From: Reclinomonas americana ATCC 50394
Lineage: Eukaryota
DNA length: 56,674 bases
Assembly (NCBI GenBank): GCA_048213135.1
Contig: PS015355.1
Span: 1-56,674, forward strand
Reading direction: 5' to 3'
The notes below the pieces were generated by a model. The model had not been told where the DNA came from and did no database searches. It saw only the letters and a program-made list of their open reading frames with translations. This document shows positions 1 through 10,352 of this stretch, in pieces (the stretch's first letter is position 1; every line of letters starts with the position of its first letter). The position numbers and the translations under genes are program-made.

Positions 1-94
1 TAAGTTACTTACTACTACTTACTTACTTACGTTACGTTCGTTACGTTCGTTCGTCGTACTCGTCGTCGTCGTCGCGACGTACGACGACGACGTC

Positions 95-96
<2 letters not shown>
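1..96. other. Low-complexity read-end noise (pyrosequencing-type flow artefact)
   Basis: Drifting TTAC/TACG/GTC cycles at the sequence end running into a (CT)n tract; typical of degraded 454 read tails (inference). Confidence 0.6.

Positions 97-176
<80 letters not shown>
97..176. repeat. (CT)n microsatellite
   Basis: About 40 perfect CT units. Confidence 0.95.
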
Positions 177-180
<4 letters not shown>

Positions 181-213
181 AGATGCATCATGCACACAGA
201 ACGAGCTTCCCAA

Positions 214-400
214 GTCTCTCTCTCTCTGCTTGTCTGCACCCACAAGGAGCTTTGCATGCCACTCTCTCACTCTCTCTCTCTCTGCTTGTCTGCACCCACG
301 AGGAGCTTTGCATGCCACTCTCTCACACTCTTTCTCTCTCTCTCTGCTTGTCTGCACCCACAAGGAGCTTTGCATGCCACTCTCTCACACTCTTCCTCTC
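214..400. repeat. Minisatellite, ~60-nt unit x3
   Basis: Unit ctctctctgcttgtctgcaccca(c/g)aggagctttgcatgccactctctcac repeated three times, bracketed by a repeated catgcacacagaacgagc. Confidence 0.9.
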
Positions 401-481
401 TCTAATGCAGCATGCACACAGAACGAGCCTCCTCCATCACACACCCTTTGCCTCTCACACTTCTCCTCCTTCTATCCCCTC

Positions 482-1376
482 TCACACAACTGTGCTACTC
501 AGTGTATCCGGCCGCGCCACCAGCTCCGCCAAGCTGGGATCCAGTGGCGGCAACGTGAACAGCGACATGCCAAGCAACTCGCCCATTCTCTCCTTTGACC
601 AAAGGTACTGACTGACAGAGAGGACACAGACTTCAGTGATTCATTGCCTGGCTGGAGGCTGTTGCTGCTGCTGTTCATCCGGCCGCGGTGCTGGATCATA
701 CATACGCACACGCGGGATCGACATGTTGAGACTGCGCAGCGAGGTGCGCACCGGATTCGTGCTGTCGGCGACACGCGACACGAGCGAGGTGGCCAGTGAG
801 CGCACCGCCTGTCGCTGCTGCGGTTGCACACCGGCCACTGCCGCCGTGCCTGGTGTGAATACGCGTGATGGCATGCGCGACGCTGCTGCTCCTCCTGATC
901 CTCCTCCTCCGGCTCCGGCGACCTCCATGCTGGTCATGGTGGAGAGTGGCACGGCGCCGACGTCGTCGTCGAGACCGGTGTTGAACTGGAACTCGAGGCC
1001 CATGTGCGCGGAGAAGGGCGTCACCATCTTGTTGCGGAACTTGATCTCGCGGTAGTCTTGGCAGGCGGCGCAGCAAGGGCACAGGCACACGGCGAGGCAG
1101 TCGGCGCAGGCCTGCAAGTGGGAAGGGGTGAGTGTGGAGAGAAAGGGGAGGAGGGCGAGGGCTATGACATCTCAGTGGAATGAAGCGAGAGAGTGGAAGC
1201 GACAACAATGAGCGATGTGAGAGGAAGAGAGAGGAGAACAGCAAGGCGACGACTAAAGCGCGATGACATCTCAGTGGAATGAAGCAAGGGAGAGATGGAA
1301 GCGACAACAACGAGTGATGTGAGAGGGAGCGCGAAAGAGCAGCAAGACGACAACAAAGGAGCAGTTGACACTTGGG

Positions 1377-1431
<55 letters not shown>

Positions 1432-2686
1432 AGCAGTGCAGGAGCGGATTACGGCGATAAGCAAGGCGAGATTGACAACAACAATGATTGCGAGTCCGAG
1501 AGGGAGTGAGAGAACAAGGAGGGAAAGTGGATCAAGTTGAGAGTTAGGCAATGAGAGGGCAAGTGAGTGGATCATGACAACGACTGCAGCGCGATTGACA
1601 ACACGACTGAATGAGGAAGTGAGCAGGTGGGAGAGAGAGGAGTGCATCAAGGCGACAGATGAGTGACGGACACCGAGAATGGCAAGAGAGTGGAAGACAG
1701 CGAGAGAAGCACGCTTGACTGCGAGAATGAGAGAGTGCAGGAGAGTGGTCAACGGCGACAACAAAGGCGAGGATGACTGCAAGACGAGTGAGAAATGAGA
1801 GAGAAAGAGAGTGAGAGCGAGAGAAGCACGCCTGTTGCAAGAATGAGAGAGTGCAGGAGAGTGATCAACGGTGACGACAAAGGAGCGACTGACAACACGA
1901 ATGAGACAGAGAGGGAGCGACAAGAGCGAGGGAGAGAAGCGCGAGTCTGAGAGAATCGATTAATGGCAACGACACAGGAGCGATTGATAGAATGAGTGCG
2001 TGAGGGAGAGAGAGTGAAAGGGAGAGAGTGAATCGAGTTGACGCGAAAATATGAGAGCGAAAGGAGAAGATCAACAACGGCAAGGTAGACAGTAAAAATG
2101 AGAGGTATGATGAGTGAGAGAGAGAGAGAGAGAGAGTGGATCGTGGGGACACGCGAACGACACCCCGAAGCAGAGAGAGCAAACGGCGAGGATCAACAAA
2201 AGGTAAAGTTGACAGCACAATGAGAGGGAGAGAGGTGAACCAGCAACGGTGACAACAAGAAGGTGAAGCATTGAGAGTTATAGAGAGCAGATCAAGGCGA
2301 CAACAAAGAACGATTGATACGATAAACGTGAGTTGAGAGGGAGTGTGAAAGTGAGTGTGCGAGAGAGAAAGTGGACCAGAGTGCAGGGAGGGAGCGACTA
2401 GGAGAAGGAAATGACAACTCAATTGGTTGAGAGTGAATGCACCTTTCCCCCCTTGCCTTCCCCGCTTCCTCACCTGCTGCTGAAACCCATACTTGGACCG
2501 CAGTTGCTGCCGATTAAAGTACTGCTGACACCCGCATGTCATTGAAAACACGCAATCGTACGCCGTGCAAGGCCTATCATCCAGCGCCGCCTTGACAGTG
2601 CCCATCAGACACGGACAACAACATCCACCATACCAAACTGAACACACAAATGAGAGAGAGGGAGAGAGTGAGTGAGTGAATGGGGT

Positions 2687-2759
<73 letters not shown>

Positions 2760-3906
2760 GAGTNNNNNNNNNNNNNNNNNNNNNNNNNNNNNNNNNNNNN
2801 NNNNNNNNNNNNNNNNNNNNNNNNNNNNNNNNNNNNNNNNNNNNNNNNNNNNNNNNNNNNNNNNNNNNNNNNNNNNNNNNNNNNNNNNNNNNNNNNNNNN
2901 NNNNNNNNNNNNNNNNNNNNNNNNNNNNNNNNNNNNNNNNNNNNNNNNNNNNNNNNNNNNNNNNNNNNNNNNNNNNNNNNNNNNNNNNNNNNNNNNNNNN
3001 NNNNNNNNNNNNNNNNNNNNNNNNNNNNNNNNNNNNNNNNNNNNNNNNNNNNNNNNNNNNNNNNNNNNNNNNNNNNNNNNNNNNNNNNNNNNNNNNNNNN
3101 NNNNNNNNNNNNNNNNNNNNNNNNNNNNNNNNNNNNNNNNNNNNNNNNNNNNNNNNNNNNNNNNNNNNNNNNNNNNNNNNNNNNNNNNNNNNNNNNNNNN
3201 NNNNNNNNNNNNNNNNNNNNNNNNNNNNNNNNNNNNNNNNNNNNNNNNNNNNNNNNNNNNNNNNNNNNNNNNNNNNNNNNNNNNNNNNNNNNNNNNNNNN
3301 NNNNNNNNNNNNNNNNNNNNNNNNNNNNNNNNNNNNNNNNNNNNNNNNNNNNNNNNNNNNNNNNNNNNNNNNNNNNNNNNNNNNNNNNNNNNNNNNNNNN
3401 NNNNNNNNNNNNNNNNNNNNNNNNNNNNNNNNNNNNNNNNNNNNNNNNNNNNNNNNNNNNNNNNNNNNNNNNNNNNNGGGAGAGAGAGAGAGAGTGGGAG
3501 AGAAGAAGGGATGAGTGAGTGAGTGAGTGAGTAAGTGTGTGCGTGAGTGTGTGTGAGAGAGAGGGAGAGTGAGTGAGTGTGAGAGTGAGTAAGTGAGTGT
3601 GAGAGTGAGTGAGTGAGGGAGAGAGTGCAGAATGAGTGAGTGAGTGAGTGAGTGTGTGCTAGTGAGTGTGAGCGAGCGAGAGAGAGAGAGTGAGAGTCTT
3701 CTCTTTCCCTTTGCCTGTTGTCTCTCACACTCACACGCTCTCTCTCTCTCTCTCTCTCTCCCTCCTCTCTCTCTCTCCCCCTCTTTTCCCTCTCTCCTCT
3801 GTCTCTCTCATTCTCTCTCTCCCGCTCTGTGGACGCAACAAGTGCTACAGTCTGAGACGCATTCACCGCCGCACAGCGCCGACTCGTAGTCGCCATATTG
3901 CGCCAT
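482..3906 (-). CDS. PLAC8/cornifelin-family Cys-rich protein (spliced)
   Basis: Exons ~3906-3840 (MAQYGDYESALCGGECVSDCST), 2637-2474 (FWYGGCCCPCL...RQQLRSKYG), 1111-~710 (CADCLAVCLCPCCAACQDYREIK) and a probable last exon ~608-482. CCPC, RxxxRxxYG and CxCCAxCQxxRE are PLAC8 motifs. The 3' end could alternatively stop at 641. Confidence 0.85.
2688..2760. repeat. (GACA)n microsatellite next to an assembly gap
   Basis: Perfect GACA array in the first PLAC8 intron. Confidence 0.95.
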
Positions 3907-4646
3907 CGCAACAACAACGCATGNNNNNNNNNNNNNNNNNNNNCGACAATCAACCACCGTGTCCTGCCCGTCGCTCATGCACAACAAGGCGGCCATGTTG
4001 TGTATCGTATCAGTTTCGTGTTGCTCTGGTGTGTGCGTGGTGACGGGAGCAGCTGCGGTGAAGAAAACGAGCTGACGTCGCAGTAGATATCGCGACGTCG
4101 CGCACAAATAAACAACAGCGGGCTTGATGACCAAGTCCAACCATATGCAGAACATCAACATACGTACCAGTCTTGAGAGCAGCAGTAGCTTTTCTTGCAT
4201 TGTGTTCGCTCACGAAGTTTGAACAATTCGACGTCGACGTCGAGAATTGCGATCTGCGTCGCCAACGACAACTACATGGTCTATCCAACCCGCAGCACAT
4301 GTTCAGCTGCATGATGGCCACCATCTTGAGCGATCGCCAGAAACAGAGATGGAAACAAGACAAGCAAGTACTGTAATGCGGACACAATTGCAAATCCCTT
4401 GCCGACAATGACCAAGGCACAAGCTACCATAAACTTCTCCAAACAGTCATCATCCCTTTCAGGAGGCAAAGCCAAGCAATCGCGTGCTGGCTTGTTTGGT
4501 CAGAGGATAAGCGAACGTCGCGATCGCAAATGCTAGCGCTGGCGATTCTGCGAGTCACGTCTCCACCTGCTGCGTACAAGGACAGCAAACCAGTGCTTGA
4601 GTCTTTATACACTCCCACGGTGCTTCAGAACCACGTCCTTTCATGC

Positions 4647-4974
4647 ATGTCCTCCGATCATTTCGATATCCGTCACGCAGCGATGAAGAAGAGGAAGCTG
4701 GTGGTCCGTACACACCCTCTCCCACTCCCTCTCCCTCTCTCCCTCTGACATCTTCTCCTCCACACACACAGAGTGGCACCGCAGTGGTCACCTCTGTTGC
4801 TCCGGAACGAGCGCAGGCCGAGGACGGCGAGAGCACAAAGAAGAAGAACAAGGCGAAAAAGTTGGCGGTGACACCGTCCAAGGGCGACACGTCAATGACG
4901 AGCGATGGTGGTGGCTCGGCCGACAAGAGGAGGCAGCGGAAGAAGAAGGGCGCGAAACGTTGCGTGTGAGGCGC

Positions 4975-5016
<42 letters not shown>

Positions 5017-5928
5017 AGTGCTGTTTGTGTGTGTGAGCGTGTGTGTGCAAGTGTGCAAGTGTGTGAAAGTGTGTGTCTGCAGGTGCTCTCTCTCTCTCTA
5101 TGCCTGTGTGTGTTTTTTGTGCAAGCGTGTATGCATGAGAAGTGCGTTCTGGCCTCTGTGTGTCTGTATGTGTGCATCTTCTGTCTGGTGCATGCCTGCA
5201 GGGGGAAAGAGAATCGTGGGTGGCAAAGAGTGAGAGTGTGCGCCATGTGCACATTCACATCACCGACACCCGACACTCGACACAGGCGCCGAACTGGTGA
5301 CCAAGCTGACGCATGAGCAGGAGAGTGAGAAGGTTACGCGCAGCCCTCTTCTCTTTGCCCGCCCTGCAGCTTGGCTGATGTGCGTTGCCTCACATGCTTA
5401 GGCGGCTGCTCGAGCGGCACGAGTGGGAGCACTGGGAACACTGGGAGCAGGCAGCACGACCACCAGCAGTAGCAGTGCTAGTGGTGTCATTGGAGGTGGT
5501 ATTGGCATTGGAGGCATGCCGAACTCGTTGTGGGCATCGCTGATGCAGCTGGAGAAGGAGCGCGCGCAGCAGAAGCAGGCCGATGCTGCTCGTGTGGGGC
5601 AGCAGAGGCGACTGGGCGGGCAGCCGAAGCATGGACTCGCTCGACAGCGGCTGCTGGTTAAGGAGTCGGCGCAGTTCAAGAGTGTGTTGGAGGTGCGAGT
5701 GAGAGGAAGGGGGAAAGGGAGGAATACGAAGCAGAGAGAGAGAGGAGAGCGGGACGAGTACAGAAGCAATGAGAGAGAGAGAGAGACGTGTGAGTCGGAA
5801 GAGTGGGGGGAGGAGGGCACACGCACACACACATTCACGCGCAGAGAGAGAGAGAGAGGGTGAGAGAGTGAGGGAGACATAAGTCGGAAGAATGGGGGAG
5901 GAGGGCATACCCTCACTCTCGCACGTGC

Positions 5929-5960
<32 letters not shown>

Positions 5961-6796
5961 CGGAAGGCGGGAGAAGGGAGAGGAATGCACACACACGCGA
6001 TGGGAGAGCGAGAGAAAGGGACAGAAACAGAAGCAACGAGAGAGAGAGACGCAAGTCGGAAGAATGGGGGAGGAGGGCACACCCTCACTCTCGCACGTGC
6101 GTCAGAGAGAGAGAGAGAGAGAGAGAGACGGAAGGCAGGAGAAGGGAGAAGAATGCACACACACACGCAATGGGAGAGCGAGAGAAAGGGACAGAAACAG
6201 AAGCAACGAGAGAGAGACGCAAGTCGGAAGAATGGGGGAGGAAAGCGCACACACGCACGCACAGAGAGAGAGGGAGTGAGACATATAAGTCGGAGAAGGG
6301 TTGAAAGGCACACGCACACACACTCACGTGCAAGGAGAGAGTAGAATCGAGAGCACCGACTGAGACTCGCCATGCTGCGCAGCATCCGACCTATCGCGCC
6401 GATCCATTCGGCACCATCGCGGAGCACTTGCGCAACGTGGTGGAGCTGGACCGCGCCCCACCGCCCGAGGTGGAGGCCAGTCAGAATCGTCGTCGTCGCC
6501 AGAATGTGAAGGACTACCGTGCCAAGAGGCGCGTGACGGCAGCTGCGGCTGCACCAATGGCAGTGGTGCCGCCGGCGGCTGGTGGAATGGCGGTGGATGG
6601 GAGCGATGAGATGGGCGACGGTGAGGAGCCAGCAATGCCGGCACCGCCCGCGATTGTGATTAGCAGCAGCTGGGTGGGACCGGGTGCGCGAGCGGGTGGT
6701 TCGCGGAAAGCGAAACGCGGACAGAAACGAAGCAGGGAAGACGACGGCGACGGCAATGGAGATGGGGGACTCGACGCATCGATGGATGGCGAGTGA
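4647..6796 (+). CDS. SLX9/FAM207A-like ribosome biogenesis protein (spliced; start uncertain)
   Basis: Spliced core RQRLLVKESAQFKSVLE|HPTYRADPFGTIAEHLRNVV matches the Slx9 C-terminal pattern (ExxxFxxVLxHPxxxxxPxxxIxxHL); basic K/R-rich N-terminus; donors at 4959, 5333 and 5693. Confidence 0.75.
5765..6330. repeat. Degenerate GA-rich tandem repeat inside the SLX9-like intron
   Basis: Core agtcggaagaatgggggagga recurs near 5794, 5882, 6054 and 6222; two ~170-nt units are nearly identical. Confidence 0.85.
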
Positions 6797-6834
6797 AAAA
6801 GATCGACAAATTATGTGTGTGTTTCTCGATGGCA

Positions 6835-7851
6835 TTACACTTCAGGTGCGCTCGATGCGGAGACAACAGCTGCTGCTGGTGGTGCTGGGGCAGAGGAGGA
6901 GGAGGCGTCAGTGGCGGCGGCACTTGCTTCACCCTTGCCACGATCTCCCCGACCTCCTCGTCCACGACCACCACGGCCGCCGCCGCCGCCACGATGCTTT
7001 CCACGACCACCGCGATGCTGTCGCTCTTCACCGCGCCCACCGAATCCGCTCTCGCGACCGTACTGCGCCTCCAGCTGCTCCAGTGTCCACGCCTGCGTCA
7101 CCGAGAATGGACCGATGCAAGTGCGTCGGAGGGCCACCAGATGACCGCCGACGCCCAGCAGCTGACCGAGATCGTGCGCAATCGAGCGAACATATGTGCC
7201 CTGCGTTGAAAGCGTCAGACAAGTTCCGCCTCATCAGTTTTTTCCAAGCACACCAACCTTGGAACATCGCACACGAATGTGCAGATCGGCGCCATCGCGA
7301 CCGAGCACATCCAGCGCCGTGATGTTCACCATGCGCTTCGGTAGTGTCACACTGCCCACATCGTCGCCACGGTGCGCCTTGGAGTACAATCGCTGCCGAC
7401 ACAATGGCAATGAGCGCACGGCGCGCAGAGGACGACAAGTCGCACACACACACACACAAACCTCGCCATCCACATGCACCGCCGAGTACAACGGCACCGT
7501 CTGTTCCACCTCCCCCACAAACGTCTTGCACGCCTCCTCAATGCGCTCACTCGCCAGCGACTCCGCCCCCGCCACACGCTCGCACACCTCCGTGTCGGCG
7601 TCGTACGACGGCGTGCGCTCGCCGAGTCGCACCGTCGCCTCGTACTCCTTCTCCAGGCCCATCAGCATGTTCACCTTGACCGTGGCCTCGCGACCAATGC
7701 AGCAGATCAACAGGCCCTGGGCAGTGAGAGACTGAGTCAGCAAGCGCATTCTCTCGACAGTCGTCGCCTGGTGGCTAACATTGCAGTTCACCGCACTCGC
7801 TCGCTCATTCACAATATTCTTGGAAACTCTACGCGACCCATCGTCGATTAC

Positions 7852-7907
<56 letters not shown>

Positions 7908-8385
7908 CACTCATCTTCTTCATCGTCGACAGGTCATCGCGTTGACGGCTGTTGACACAACTTGGTCGTCCACTGCCCACGCTCACTCGCAGCAATCACT
8001 CTCTTATTCTCCTTCACTCTCTGATTCTCTTGACGCCACAATAAGCAAGTGAGTTGACACTTAATGCAGTCCAGGTGACAGCTAAGGCGTTCAGAGTGAG
8101 CAAGTGACGGCAGTGGACGACAAACTGGAAGAGGATGAGTGGCTGACAAACGGGAAGAGAGACTGCAGTGAAGGGTGTGGCAGTGGACGACATAACATCA
8201 GAAGAGAAGACACGGCCGAAACGAAGATTGCTTCAGTCTTTCTCTCTCTCTCCCTGTCTCTCAGCCATTCATCCTCTTCTTCGTCGACAAGTCATCGCCT
8301 TGATCGCTATATGCGCAGCTCACTCGTCTACACACTCAGTCTCGCTGCAGTCTCTCTCTCCTGCCCTCCATCAGTCACTGTCTCT

Positions 8386-8423
<38 letters not shown>

Positions 8424-8793
8424 NNNNNNNNNNNNNNNNNNNNNNNNNNNNNNNNNNNNNNNNNNNNNNNNNNNNNNNNNNNNNNNNNNNNNNNNNNNNN
8501 NNNNNNNNNNNNNNNNNNNNNNNNNNNNNNNNNNNNNNNNNNNNNNNNNNNNNNNNNNNNNNNNNNNNNNNNNNNNNNNNNNNNNNNNNNNNNNNNNNNN
8601 NNNNNNNNNNNNNNNNNNNNNNNNNNNNNNNNNNNNNNNNNNNNNNNNNNNNNNNNNNNNNNNNNNNNNNNNNNNNNNNNNNNNNNNNNNNNNNNNNNNN
8701 NNNNNNNNNNNNNNNNNNNNNNNNNNNNNNNNNNNNNNNNNNNNNNNNNNNNNNNNNNNNNNNNNNNNNNNNNNNNNNNNNNNNNNNNNNNNN

Positions 8794-8882
<89 letters not shown>

Positions 8883-10279
8883 CTGCCCTCCATCAGTCAC
8901 TGTCTCTACATCCACTCACATTTCTCTCCCTTTCCCCTCCCTCCCCTTCCCCTTCCCCTTCCCTCTCCTCCCTCCCTCTCACCGTGGCCATTGGATCCAG
9001 CGTCCCCGCATGCCCAATCTTACTGTTCCTCGCAATGCCCTTGAGCGCATCCGTGACCGCCGCACTCGTCATGCCCTGCGCCTTGTCGATCGCCACCACA
9101 AAGCCAGTGGCACTCGGCAGCGACGCCGGCGGCAAGTCGACTCCATCGCGACGAATGTACGCAACGCCGCCGAGCTGCGGAGAAGAAGAAGAAGAAGAGA
9201 GAAGAGAGAGAAGAGATGAGGAGAGAAGGAGGAGCACAAGGAGACGAAGAAGAACGCAAAGGAGGAGGAGGAGGAGGAGGAGAAGAAGAAGGAGAAGAAG
9301 GAGAAGGAGCAGGAGAAGGAGAAGAAGAAGGAGGAGGAGGAGAAGAAGAAGAAGAAGGAGGAGGAGAAGAGGAAGAAGAAGAAGAACAACAACAAGAACA
9401 AGAAGAAGAGGAGGAGGAGGAGGAGGAGAAGAATAAGAAAAGAACAAGAAGAAGAATGCATAGGAGGCGAAGGAGAAGAAGCACAAGGAGGTGGAGAATG
9501 AGCAGGAGAAAAAGAAGAACAAGAACAAGAACAAGAGAAAGGAGAACAGAGAGAGAAACAATGCAAAGGAGAAGAAGGATAAAGTGTCGCCTTATCTGCC
9601 TCTGTCCTTACCAAATGCCCGATTGTTGATGATGCAGAGGAAGAGGAAGAAGAAGAGTGAGGAGAAGAAGAAGAAGAAGAAGAAGAAGAAGAAGAAGAAG
9701 AAGAAGAAGANNNNNNNNNNNNNNNNNNNNNNNNNNNNNNNNNNNNNNNNNNNNNNNNNNNNNNNNNNNNNNNNNNNNNNNNNNNNNNNNNNNNNNNNNN
9801 NNNNNNNNNNNNNNNNNNNNNNNNNNNNNNNNNNNNNNNNNNNNNNNNNNNNNNNNNNNNNNNNNNNNNNNNNNNNNNNNNNNNNNNNNNNNNNNNNNNN
9901 NNNNNNNNNNNNNNNNNNNNNNNNNNNNNNNNNNNNNNNNNNNNNNNNNNNNNNNNNNNNNNNNNNNNNNNNNNNNNNNNNNNNNNNNNNNNNAAGAAGA
10001 AGAAGAAGAAGAAGAAGAAGAAGAAGAAGAAGAAGAAGAAGAAGAAGAAGAAGAAGAAGAAGAAGAAGAACAAGAACAAGAGAAAGAAGAGGAGACAGAG
10101 AGAGAGAAACAATGCAAAGGAGAAGGAGAGTGAAGGATAAAGTGTCGCCTTATCTGCCTCTCTCTCCTTACCAATTGCTCGATTGTTGATGATTCAGAGG
10201 AAGAGGAAGCGGAAGAAGAGGCCATGAGACGACACCGAGGCAGCCACGCAACACGTCGAAGCAACGAAACAACAATCAT
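6835..10279 (-). CDS. truB: tRNA pseudouridine-55 synthase, TruB/Pus4 family, probably mitochondrial
   Basis: [67 protein letters not shown] and LRRT.IGPF motifs across exons. The putative first exon [22 protein letters not shown] resembles a mitochondrial presequence; start uncertain. Confidence 0.9.
9181..10075. repeat. (GAA)n/(GGA)n microsatellite region with internal gap, in a TruB intron
   Basis: Long GAA/GGA runs flanking N gap 9711-9993. Confidence 0.9.
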
Positions 10280-10352
10280 AAAAAGAGAGACAGGCAAATC
10301 AACATGAATTTTAGTGTCACTTTGGTGGTGTTTTGGTGGTGGTTTGCTTGCC

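Noticed and set aside
1-60. TTAC-like repeats as a telomere or U1 5' end (ACTTAC)
   Set aside because: The unit drifts continuously and no U1 body follows; consistent with sequencing noise.
214-400. Regular direct repeats resembling a CRISPR array
   Set aside because: Head-to-tail units without unique spacers, eukaryotic context and no cas genes.
1112-2473. Long Leu/Ser-rich or Arg/Glu-rich ORFs here and in other CT/GA tracts
   Set aside because: These are translations of intronic microsatellite DNA; ORFs spanning N gaps are likewise artefacts.
3960-4640. Possible small gene between PLAC8 and the SLX9-like gene
   Set aside because: Short ORFs with no recognisable motif and no consistent splice model.
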